From an uncultured Verrucomicrobiae bacterium (GTDB lineage Bacteria; Verrucomicrobiota; Verrucomicrobiia; Limisphaerales; UBA11358): a DNA stretch of 64,000 bases. The DNA lies in NCBI GenBank assembly GCA_963835625.1, contig CAWIGO010000007.1, positions 75,415-139,414 of the forward strand. The letters are read 5' to 3'. How positions within the stretch are numbered: the first letter of the stretch is position 1; every line of letters starts with the position of its first letter. Under the pieces are notes generated by a model. The model made no database searches. It was not told the DNA's origin and saw only the letters and a list, made by a program, of their open reading frames with translations. The translations under genes and the position numbers were made by a program. Shown piece after piece: positions 13,262 through 21,756 of this stretch.

Positions 13262-13346
13262 AGAATGCAGAATGCAGAATGCAGAATGGAATTCCCGTAC
13301 TGCGCGGTGAAAAATTTCTTCATTCTTCATTCTGCCTTCTGCCTTT
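13259..13346 (+). repeat. heptamer hairpin: (GAATGCA)x3 tract paired with a downstream TTCATTC/TGCCTTC tract
   Basis: The left arm is aaGAATGCAGAATGCAGAATGCAGAATGg (13261-13289). The right arm is TTCTTCATTCTTCATTCTGCCTTCTGCCTT (13317-13346). By hand alignment they pair over about 24 positions with a few mismatches. It lies between cdsA and dxr. Confidence 0.85.
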
Positions 13347-14495
13347 ATGAAGAATGTCGTTTTACTCGGCTCGACCGGTTCCATCGGCACCAGCACCGTC
13401 AAAGTCGCCGAGGATTTGCCGGATCGCATCCGGCTGCTTGGCCTGGCTGCGGGCAATAACGCCGAGTTGCTTCTTGAGCAAACCCGCAAGCACCGGCCCG
13501 AGGCAATTTGCATCGGTAATCCGGAAAAAGCCCGCAAGCTGGGAAAATTCTTCGGCGCAACAACGCAGGTTTATTCAGGCGATGAAGGTTTAATCAAGCT
13601 TGCCACGTTGCCGTCGGCGGACATCGTGTTGATTGCGATCGTTGGCACGGCGGGATTAAAACCTGCGCTCGCCGCGATTCGCGCCGGCAAGGACATCGCC
13701 GTCGCGTCCAAGGAAATCTTGGTCATGGCCGGTGAAATCGTCATAGAAGAAGCGCGCAAACACGGCGTCCGCGTTCTCGCCGTGGACAGCGAACATTCGG
13801 CGATTTTTCAATGCCTCGATGGAAAGCCTTCGAGTTCGGTTCGCAGACTTTGGTTGACTGCTTCCGGCGGGCCGTTCCGCGACAAAAAAATCTGGCCGAA
13901 GGAAAAATTTCCAGAAATCACGGTCGAGCGCGCGCTCAAACATCCGTCGTGGGTCATGGGCCGCAAAGTCACCATTGATTCGGCGACGCTGTTCAACAAA
14001 GGGCTGGAGATGATCGAAGCGCGCTGGCTGTTCGATGTTGGCATCGAGCGCGTCGGCGTGCTGGTGCATCCACAGAGCATCGTTCATTCAATGGTCGAGT
14101 TTGTGGACGGCTCGATGCTCGCGCAGCTTTCAACGCCGGACATGTGTTTGCCGATTCAATACGCATTGACGTATCCCGATCGCGCGCCGAGTGAGCGGGT
14201 GCAGACCAATTTCGCAAAACTTGGCAATCTGACGTTTGAAGAGCCGGATGAGGAACGTTTTCCGGCGCTGAATCTGGCGCGCAGGGCAGGGGAGGTGGGC
14301 GGCACGTTGCCGGCGGTGTTGAACGCGGCGAATGAGATCGCAGTCGAAGCATTCGTAAATCACAAAATCAATTTCCCGCAAATTACGGAAACCGTCCGGT
14401 GCACAATGAACCGGCACAAAACCGTTCTGCATCCGACACTCGGACAAATTTTGGAGGCCGACGCGTGGGCGCGGCGCGAAGCGGCGGCGGTTTGA
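13347..14495 (+). CDS. dxr: 1-deoxy-D-xylulose-5-phosphate reductoisomerase
   Basis: The N-terminus is LGSTGSIGTSTVKV, with later motifs AVDSEHSAIFQCL, LTASGGPFR, HPSWVMGRKVTIDSATLFNKGLE.IEA.WLF. Confidence 0.95.
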   Translation: MKNVVLLGSTGSIGTSTVKVAEDLPDRIRLLGLAAGNNAELLLEQTRKHRPEAICIGNPEKARKLGKFFGATTQVYSGDEGLIKLATLPSADIVLIAIVGTAGLKPALAAIRAGKDIAVASKEILVMAGEIVIEEARKHGVRVLAVDSEHSAIFQCLDGKPSSSVRRLWLTASGGPFRDKKIWPKEKFPEITVERALKHPSWVMGRKVTIDSATLFNKGLEMIEARWLFDVGIERVGVLVHPQSIVHSMVEFVDGSMLAQLSTPDMCLPIQYALTYPDRAPSERVQTNFAKLGNLTFEEPDEERFPALNLARRAGEVGGTLPAVLNAANEIAVEAFVNHKINFPQITETVRCTMNRHKTVLHPTLGQILEADAWARREAAAV

Positions 14496-14553
14496 CAGTC
14501 GCGCGCAAAGATTGCAGGTAAGGTTTTCCCTGATATATTTCTTCTGCTTTAAC

Positions 14554-15972
14554 ATGACTGTTTTAAGATACGTTTTTATCGCGTTTGAAGTGGTGTTGCT
14601 TTTCAACCTGCTCATCGGCGTCCACGAGTTGGGACATTTTCTCGCGGCGAAATGGCGCGGTTTAAAAATCGAGCGCTTCGCCATCTGGTTCGGCAAGCCG
14701 GTTTGGAAACAGAAAATCGGTGGGGTCGAATATGCGCTGGGCTGGATTCCGGCGGGCGGTTACGTCGCATTGCCACAAATGGCGACGATGGAAGCCATCG
14801 AAGACAAAAGCGAAACACCTGTCGAGACGCTGCCGAATGTTTCCGCGCTGGACAAAATCGTCGTCGCATTCGCCGGGCCGCTATTCAGTTTTTTGCTGGC
14901 GATTGTGTTTGCATTTGTCGTTTGGGGGGTTGGTAAGCCGGGCAATGAAGCAGACAATTCCACGACGATTGGCTGGGTTGACCAAACCGGTCCGGCGTGG
15001 AAAGCGGGTTTGCGTCCGGGCGACACGATTTTGGAAATTGACGGGCAGCCGGTAAGACATTTCACATCGTCCACACAGGACAGCGTGCCGTGGCGCATTA
15101 TGACCAGCGAAGGCACAAACATTGCCATTAAATATCTTCGCGATGGTAAAGAAGCAATGGCTTACGCAAAACCATATCATCGCCCGACCAAATGGTATGA
15201 ACGCAAGGCGCTCCGGCAAATTCTCGTTGCACCTGTGGTGAAGGCAATTGTCTATGAAGTGGCGAGCAACAGTCCGGCGGCATTGGCCGGCATAACCAAT
15301 GGCGATGAAATCATCGCATTGAACGGTGAAAAGATTTACAGCCCATGGGCTGTCACCTCCGCGGAAGATTCCATGAGCAACAGTCCGGTGCGGCCCATTG
15401 CATTCACCGTGAAGCGTGACAACAAGCAGTTTGATCGCACACTGCTCGCCGTAAAACCGATTCAGCCCGCGAATAGCGCTCCGATGCTTGGCATCTTGTC
15501 ATGGCAAAGTGACACAAAAGTTTCGCTCGTTTATCCGAGTCCGTTGGAACAAATCAAAAGCAGTGCCGGAATGATTTATAATACGTTTAGCGCATTGTTC
15601 GCGCGTAAGAGCGAGATTGGTGTGCAGCAACTCGGTGGCGCGGTGATGATTGTTCGTATCTACGGCAATCTTTTTGAAAGCGAAAACGGATGGCGTCGTG
15701 TGTTGTGGTTCAGCGTCATCCTCAATGTAAATCTTGCGCTGATCAATCTGCTGCCGTTGCCGATGCTTGATGGCGGCCATATTTTACTGTCACTGCTTGA
15801 GGTCATCCGTCGGCGCCCTATCAGCGCGCAAACTTTAGAGTCCATTCAAACCAGCTTTGCCTTGCTGTTGATCGGCTTCATGCTTTACATCGCATTTTTC
15901 GATACAGGCGATTGGCTGCGCAGCGCGCGGGACAATCACGAGCAACCAATCATTTTTGCGCCAGCCAAATAA
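14554..15972 (+). CDS. rseP: RIP (site-2) zinc metalloprotease RseP
   Basis: Has HELGHFLAAK (HExxH) in TM1, a PDZ-like middle region, and the C-terminal NLLPLPMLDGGHIL motif. I chose the ATG at 14554 within the longer track ORF. Confidence 0.9.
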   Translation: MTVLRYVFIAFEVVLLFNLLIGVHELGHFLAAKWRGLKIERFAIWFGKPVWKQKIGGVEYALGWIPAGGYVALPQMATMEAIEDKSETPVETLPNVSALDKIVVAFAGPLFSFLLAIVFAFVVWGVGKPGNEADNSTTIGWVDQTGPAWKAGLRPGDTILEIDGQPVRHFTSSTQDSVPWRIMTSEGTNIAIKYLRDGKEAMAYAKPYHRPTKWYERKALRQILVAPVVKAIVYEVASNSPAALAGITNGDEIIALNGEKIYSPWAVTSAEDSMSNSPVRPIAFTVKRDNKQFDRTLLAVKPIQPANSAPMLGILSWQSDTKVSLVYPSPLEQIKSSAGMIYNTFSALFARKSEIGVQQLGGAVMIVRIYGNLFESENGWRRVLWFSVILNVNLALINLLPLPMLDGGHILLSLLEVIRRRPISAQTLESIQTSFALLLIGFMLYIAFFDTGDWLRSARDNHEQPIIFAPAK

Positions 15973-15976
15973 TTCC

Positions 15977-17767
15977 ATGCGCTACTGCGAATCCCCGTTT
16001 TTTTACCACCGGCGAAAAACCCGTGGAATTGTCATCGGTGATCCCAAGAACGGCGGTGTCATCATCGGTGGCGATCATCCGGTCGTCATGCAGTCCATGA
16101 TTACGTGCGACACGATGGACACCGCCGAGTGCGTGAAGCAAACGCTCGACCTCGTCGCCGTCGGCTGCCAAATCGTCCGCATCACCGCGCCAACCGTGAA
16201 GGACGCGGCGAATCTGCAGAGCATTGTCGCCGAGCTTCGCAGGCGCGGCTGTAACGTACCAATCGTTGCCGACATCCATTTCAAGCCCGAAGCCGCCATG
16301 GAAGCGGTGAAGTGGGTCGAAGTCGTGCGTGTCAATCCGGGCAACTACGCCGATTCCAAGAAATTCGCAATCAAGGAATACAGCGATGAACAATACGCCG
16401 CCGAGTTGAAGCGCATTGAGGAAAAATTCACGCCTCTGGTCATCGAGTGCAAACGATTGAAGCGCGCGTTGCGCATCGGCACCAACCACGGCTCGCTTTC
16501 CGACCGCATCATGAACCGTTACGGCGATACGCCGCTCGGCATGGTCGAGAGCGCGTTGGAATTCGCCCGCATCTGCCGCAAGCACGACTTCCATAACTTC
16601 AAGTTCTCGATGAAAGCGAGCAATCCCAAGGTGATGATCGAATGTTATCGGCTGCTCGTCGCGCGTCTGAACGAACTTGGCGCGGACTGGAATTATCCGA
16701 TTCATCTCGGTGTGACCGAGGCGGGCGGGGGCGAGGACGGGCGGATCAAGTCCGCTATCGGCATCGGCTCCCTGCTGTGCGACGGTCTGGGCGACACGAT
16801 TCGGGTTTCGCTCACGGAAGATTCACCGCGCGAAATCGAGGTCTGCCGCGATTTGCTGGCACAAATACCCGCATTGTCGAATTCAGAATTCAGGATTCGG
16901 GATTCAGAATTTCCATTCGACCCCTTCCGCTTTGAGCGTCGAAAAACGCCGGAAGTTTCTCTGAACGAAAATTTCAAATGCGGCGGCGAACAACTCATCC
17001 GCGTCGTCGTTGCCCGCGCCACGTGGGACAAGGTTGCCTCGAAGATTCGCCCGAAGGACGACGTGAAACCGGAGGCAGTCTATGAAGACTTGAATGTCGC
17101 GGAACTCGACCCAACAAAAGATTTCGAAATTAACCCCGACTCTGCGTCGGGGCTCGTCACCGTCAAAGACGGTGTCTCGCTGCCTGTGATTACTGCTTTT
17201 CGTCTGCTCGCTGCGAAGCTAAAACGCCTTGGCCGGAACAATCCCATTCTGCTCAAGGATTGCCTCAACTTTGAGCCGGCGCCGCTGGAGCCGAAGATTG
17301 CCCTGTTGCGGACATCGGTCGTCATCGGTTCGCTGCTGGCGGACGGCATCGGCGATGCGATTTTGATTCGCGTGGAATCCGGCGGAGGACAATCACTGCG
17401 GCTGACTTACAACATTTTGCAGGCAGCGGGCTGTCGTTCGTTCAAGACCGATTATGTCGCGTGCCCGTCGTGCGGACGGACACTGTTCAACCTGCAGACC
17501 GTGACGGCGCGCATCAAGGCGCGCACGGAGCATCTCAAGGGCGTTAAAATCGCCATCATGGGCTGCATCGTGAATGGCCCGGGCGAAATGGCCGACGCGG
17601 ATTTCGGCTACGTGGGCGGCGCGCCCGGCAAGATCAACCTCTACGTTGGAAAAACGCCGATCAAATTCAACATCCCCGAAGCCGAAGCCGTGGAACGCCT
17701 TGTGGATTTGATTCGCGAACACGGGAAATGGGTTGAGCCGGAAGCTAAAGTTGAATCACTAAAATAG
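15977..17767 (+). CDS. ispG: 4-hydroxy-3-methylbut-2-enyl-diphosphate synthase, long form with an insertion domain
   Basis: Has the N-terminal TIM-barrel part (VRITAPTVKDAANL, VADIHF, VRVNPGN) and the C-terminal 4Fe-4S part (YVACPSCGRTLFNL...IMGCIVNGPGEMADADFGYVG). The ATG at 15977 lies 5 nt after the rseP stop. Confidence 0.93.
   Translation: MRYCESPFFYHRRKTRGIVIGDPKNGGVIIGGDHPVVMQSMITCDTMDTAECVKQTLDLVAVGCQIVRITAPTVKDAANLQSIVAELRRRGCNVPIVADIHFKPEAAMEAVKWVEVVRVNPGNYADSKKFAIKEYSDEQYAAELKRIEEKFTPLVIECKRLKRALRIGTNHGSLSDRIMNRYGDTPLGMVESALEFARICRKHDFHNFKFSMKASNPKVMIECYRLLVARLNELGADWNYPIHLGVTEAGGGEDGRIKSAIGIGSLLCDGLGDTIRVSLTEDSPREIEVCRDLLAQIPALSNSEFRIRDSEFPFDPFRFERRKTPEVSLNENFKCGGEQLIRVVVARATWDKVASKIRPKDDVKPEAVYEDLNVAELDPTKDFEINPDSASGLVTVKDGVSLPVITAFRLLAAKLKRLGRNNPILLKDCLNFEPAPLEPKIALLRTSVVIGSLLADGIGDAILIRVESGGGQSLRLTYNILQAAGCRSFKTDYVACPSCGRTLFNLQTVTARIKARTEHLKGVKIAIMGCIVNGPGEMADADFGYVGGAPGKINLYVGKTPIKFNIPEAEAVERLVDLIREHGKWVEPEAKVESLK
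16879..16913 (+). repeat. five tandem heptamers (GAATTCA GAATTCA GGATTCG GGATTCA GAATTTC) inside ispG
   Basis: Read directly from the sequence. The units are built on the GAATTC palindrome, so the tract is self-complementary. It is translated in-frame as SNSEFRIRDSEFP. Confidence 0.9.
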
Positions 17768-17799
17768 TGAAATCATAGTAATTTCGGCAGCCAAAACGC

Positions 17800-17828
17800 T
17801 TGCTCCAATGCACCTGCTTTCATAAAGT
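17800..17828 (+). promoter_or_regulatory. candidate sigma70-like promoter for yajC-secDF
   Basis: TTGCTC (17800-17805), a 17-nt spacer, then TAAAGT (17823-17828), about 20 nt before the yajC ATG. This is a pattern match only. Confidence 0.3.
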
Positions 17829-17848
17829 GAGCGACCGTTTTTCAATTT

Positions 17849-18199
17849 ATGCACCTAAACGAAATTCTGGCACAGACGGCATCGTCGCAATCCGGACAAT
17901 CACAACAGCCAACAGGCTTTCAAGCTCTCTTTGGCAGCCCCCTTACCTTGTTGGTTTTGATGGGGGTAATGATGTATTTTCTTCTGTTTCGGCCACAGCA
18001 GCAGCAGCGCGCCCGGCACGCGGCATTGCTCAAAAACCTCAAATCGGGCGACAAGGTGGTCACAGCCGGCGGCATCATCGGCATTGTCATCACCGTGAAG
18101 GACAGCACCGTTTCGCTCCGGTCGGCTGACGCCAAAATGGAAATCACCAAGTCTTCCGTAGTGGAAATTATTGAATCCGGCGGCACGACTGAATCGTAG
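17849..18199 (+). CDS. yajC: preprotein translocase subunit YajC
   Basis: 116-aa protein with a single TM and a YajC-like core (FLLFRPQQQQRARHAALLKNLKSGDKVVTAGGIIGIV). It sits directly upstream of secDF. Confidence 0.85.
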   Translation: MHLNEILAQTASSQSGQSQQPTGFQALFGSPLTLLVLMGVMMYFLLFRPQQQQRARHAALLKNLKSGDKVVTAGGIIGIVITVKDSTVSLRSADAKMEITKSSVVEIIESGGTTES

Positions 18200-18206
18200 G
18201 CTGACG

Positions 18207-20715
18207 ATGAAAAAAAACGATTTCTGGAAATTCATCTTTGTTGTCTTCATCATTTGCTGGTCGCTTTATCAGATTTACCCGCCAACGTCGCGCGACCTGG
18301 TGCAGCAATTTTCATCGCGCGCGGTCAAGCGGGACGCCGCGTTCAAGGACATTTTGCAACGGCTTGAGCCGTTGCAAAAGGCGCGCCCCGACCGCGAGTT
18401 CGCCAATTTGCGCGAGGCCATCGGCACGAATGACATTCGGCCCTACTTTCCGTTCGTCAACGCGGAGAACGAGTTGTATCCAACGACGTTCGTTTTGAAC
18501 CAACTTCAGCGCGATGCATCCGGACGCATCAAACTCGGGCTCGATTTGCAGGGCGGCACGTCCTTTCTCGTCGAGATGGAAACGAACAAGCTGTCCAATC
18601 CGTCGGACGCAGGCGGGGCGCTTTCGCAGGCGGTCGAGGTATTGCGCAAACGCATTGACCGTTTTGGCGTGGCCGAGCCGGTCATTCAACCGGCGGGCGG
18701 CAATCGCATTTTAATTCAGTTGCCCGGCCTGTCCGAGGCCGACAAGGAAAGCGCCAAGGAACAAATCCAAAAAGCCGCGTATCTCGAATTCCGGATGGTG
18801 AAGGATGACAGCGATGAGATCATCAATAACAATGAACCGATTCCGCCGGGTTACGAACTGCTCAAGCACGTGGAATTGCAACCAAATGGTCCGCCTCACA
18901 TCGAGCAGGTCATCGTAAAGAAAAAGCCTGAGAATGGTCTGGCCGGCGACATCATAAAAAGTGCGATGGTGGTGCGCGGCAATTTAGGGGAACCGCAAAT
19001 TGATTTCACGCTCAATGACAACGGCGCGAAAAGATTTGCAGAGGTCACGCGCAACAACGTTAACCACCGGCTGGCCATCGTTTTGGACGGCCAGTTATAT
19101 TCAGCGCCCAATATCAAGAATGCGATCGAGACCGGCAACGGAATGATCGACGGGACGCTATACCATCCAGGCGGCATTGGAACTGGCGAACGTCCTCCAA
19201 AATCCGCTGCGCGCCCCGTTGAAAATCGATTATTCCAGCGACGTTGACCCGACGCTCGGCAAAGACTCGATTCGCAGCGGCGTTCGCGCGTCCATCGCCG
19301 GCGTTGTTTTGGTTTCCGCGTTCATGCTGTGTTATTATTTGCTCTCGGGCATCGTCGCAAACATCGCGCTGGTCACGAACATCATCATCCTGCTCGGCGT
19401 CATGTGTTCCATCGGCACGACGCTCACCTTGCCGGGCATCGCGGGCGTGGTGCTCACCGTCGGCATGGCGGTGGACGCGAACGTGCTGATTTACGAACGC
19501 ATCCGCGAGGAACTGGCCAAGGGCAAATCCCTGCGGGGCGCAATCGCCGCCGGTTACGCCCGGGCGTTCAGCACGATTTTCGATTCGCACGTCACCACGC
19601 TCATCGCCTCGGTCATCTTGATTTTTATGGGCACCGGTGAGGTCAAAGGCTTCGGCGTGACGCTGACCATTGGTGTGGCGGCAAGTTTGTTCACCGCGCT
19701 CGTGGTGACGCGGCTGATTTTCAACTGGCTGCTCGACCACGATTGGATCAAGTCGCTCCGGATGTTCCATCTCATTCGCGCCACCAAGCTCGATTTCATG
19801 AGACTGGCCAGGCCCGCATTCGTTTTGTCGTGGGTGATTATTCTCGTCGGCTTGATCTACGGCTATCATCGCGGTTCGAGGGTGTTCGGAGTGGACTTTT
19901 TGGGTGGTGACAGCACGACGTTCAGTTTCCAGCAAAGAATTGACGTGGAACAGATCCGCGCCGCGCTCGTGCAAACCGGTGAAAAGGATTCGCAAATCCA
20001 ATATCAAAAGGACGTGGCCGGCGGCACTGAAACGCTCCGCGTGACAACCTCAATCGGCTCTGCCGAAAAAGTCGAGCAGGCGCTCGCCGACAAATTTCCG
20101 CAGGCGAAGTTCAAAGTCGGTAGCCAACAGCGCGTCGGCGCGGTTGTCGGCAGGGAGATTCTGCAATCGGCCATTGTTGCTTGTTTGCTGTCGCTCTTCG
20201 GTATTTTGGTTTATGTCGCGTTCCGTTACGAATTTTCGTTCGCTGTCGGCGCGGTCGTCGCGGTCATTCACGATGTGTTCATGACCATTGGCTGTTACTG
20301 CATTGCCAATGGTGTTTCGGGCCGCGAATTCAACGCCACCGTCGTTGCGGCGGTTCTGACCATCATCGGCTTCTCCACCAATGACACCATCGTGATTTTT
20401 GACCGCATCCGCGAAGATCTGAAACTCGGCGTGCGCGGCTCGTTCAAGGAAATCATCAATCAAGCGGTGAATCAGACCTTGAGCCGAACACTGATCACCA
20501 GCGGCACGGTGTTTTTGGCCACGATGTCGCTCTATCTTTTCGGCGGCGGCGTCATCAACGACTTCGCGTTCACGTTCCTCATCGGCATCATCACCGGCAC
20601 GTATTCGAGCATCTACATCGCCAGCGCGTTCGTGTGGTGGTGGCACAAAGGCGAACGCCCGAATATCGGCGCGTCGCAAGTGACGATACAAAACGCGGCA
20701 CCGGCGAAGGTCTGA
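18207..20715 (+). pseudogene. secDF: fused protein-export membrane protein SecDF with the frame broken at about 19146-19150
   Basis: The SecD frame (ORF 18171-19247; LDLQGGTSFLVEM, IVLDGQLYSAPNI) loses homology after ...ETGNGMI. The next frame reads (S)TGRYTIQAALELANVLQNPLRAPLKI..., followed by the SecD TM bundle and a complete SecF (ORF 19177-20715). One extra nucleotide explains the break. It may be an assembly indel rather than a true pseudogene. Confidence 0.7.
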
Positions 20716-20727
20716 TGATTCAAAACC

Positions 20728-21705
20728 ATGCCCGGTTTCATTGAAATCACCCCGTGGCATTGGGCGGGCTTCATTCTTTGTGTCCTGGTTTTTCTCGCGC
20801 TCGACCTGGGCGTATTTCATCGCCGCGCGCGCGTCATCGGATTTGGCGAAGCACTTGCCTGGAGTGCGTTGTGGTTCGCGCTGGCCATGCTTTTTGCCGG
20901 GGCCATGGCGCATTGGCGCGGTCGCGAGGAAGCGACTGAATTTGTCGCCGGCTACGTCATCGAACTTTCACTTTCGCTGGACAACATTCTATTCATCGCG
21001 CTCATCTTCGCGTGGTTTCGCGTGCCGCTGGAATTTCAACATCGGCTGCTCTTTTGGGGTATCCTCGGCGCGCTGGTGATGCGCGGCGCGATGATCGCCG
21101 TCGGCGCGGCGCTCATTCACCAATTCGACTGGGTGCTTTACGTGTTCGGGGCATTTCTCATCTTCGCCGGCGCAAGGATGTTTTTCTCAAAGCAGGAAAC
21201 GGTGCATCCGGAAAAAAATCTCGCGCTGCGACTGGCGCAAAAACTCTTTCCCGTCTCTCAAAATTTCGACGGCCAGAGGTTTTTCACGCGATTTAATGGC
21301 CGTTTTGCGCTCACACCGCTGGCCTTGGTGCTGTTGTTGGTCGAAACAACCGATTTGATTTTTGCAACGGATTCCATTCCGGCGGTGTTTTCCGTGACGC
21401 GTCAGCCTTTCATCGTTTTTACCTCGAACATCTTTGCGATTCTCGGCCTTCGCTCGCTGTATTTCCTGCTCGCCGGTGCGCTCGGCAACTTCCGCTATTT
21501 GAAAATTGGACTCTCAATTGTGCTCGCTTTTGTCGGCGCAAAAATGCTGGTCGAGCCGCACGGCCCGCCGTCCCGCTGGTTTCAAATTGAAATTCCGACA
21601 AACATTTCGTTGCTCGTTGTGGCTGCAATCCTTTTGATTTCTATCACGCTTTCCGTTTCCGCCGCGCGTAAAGAAAAGTTGAATCGTGAATCGTTAAACC
21701 GTTAA
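20728..21705 (+). CDS. TerC-family integral membrane protein
   Basis: Polytopic membrane protein with the TerC-type motif YVIELSLSLDNILFIALIF and a second repeat, TDLIFATDSIPAVF. The last 9 codons (KLNRESLNR) are encoded by a heptamer repeat. Confidence 0.85.
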   Translation: MPGFIEITPWHWAGFILCVLVFLALDLGVFHRRARVIGFGEALAWSALWFALAMLFAGAMAHWRGREEATEFVAGYVIELSLSLDNILFIALIFAWFRVPLEFQHRLLFWGILGALVMRGAMIAVGAALIHQFDWVLYVFGAFLIFAGARMFFSKQETVHPEKNLALRLAQKLFPVSQNFDGQRFFTRFNGRFALTPLALVLLLVETTDLIFATDSIPAVFSVTRQPFIVFTSNIFAILGLRSLYFLLAGALGNFRYLKIGLSIVLAFVGAKMLVEPHGPPSRWFQIEIPTNISLLVVAAILLISITLSVSAARKEKLNRESLNR

Positions 21706-21750
21706 ATCGACGCAAACGATTCAACGATTCAACGTTTTGACGATTTAACG
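21681..21750 (+). repeat. AATCGTT/AACGATT-family heptamer inverted repeat spanning the terC stop
   Basis: The left arm is GAATCGTGAATCGTTAAACCGTTAAATCG (21681-21709). The right arm is AACGATTCAACGATTCAACGTTTTGACGATTTAACG (21715-21750). CGTTAAATCG (21700-21709) is the exact reverse complement of CGATTTAACG (21741-21750). Alternative registers are possible. Confidence 0.85.
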
Positions 21751-21756
21751 CATCAG

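Noticed and set aside
20716-20727. Mn2+ (yybP-ykoY) riboswitch upstream of the TerC-family gene
   Set aside because: Only 12 nt separate the secDF stop and the terC start, which leaves no room for a riboswitch.
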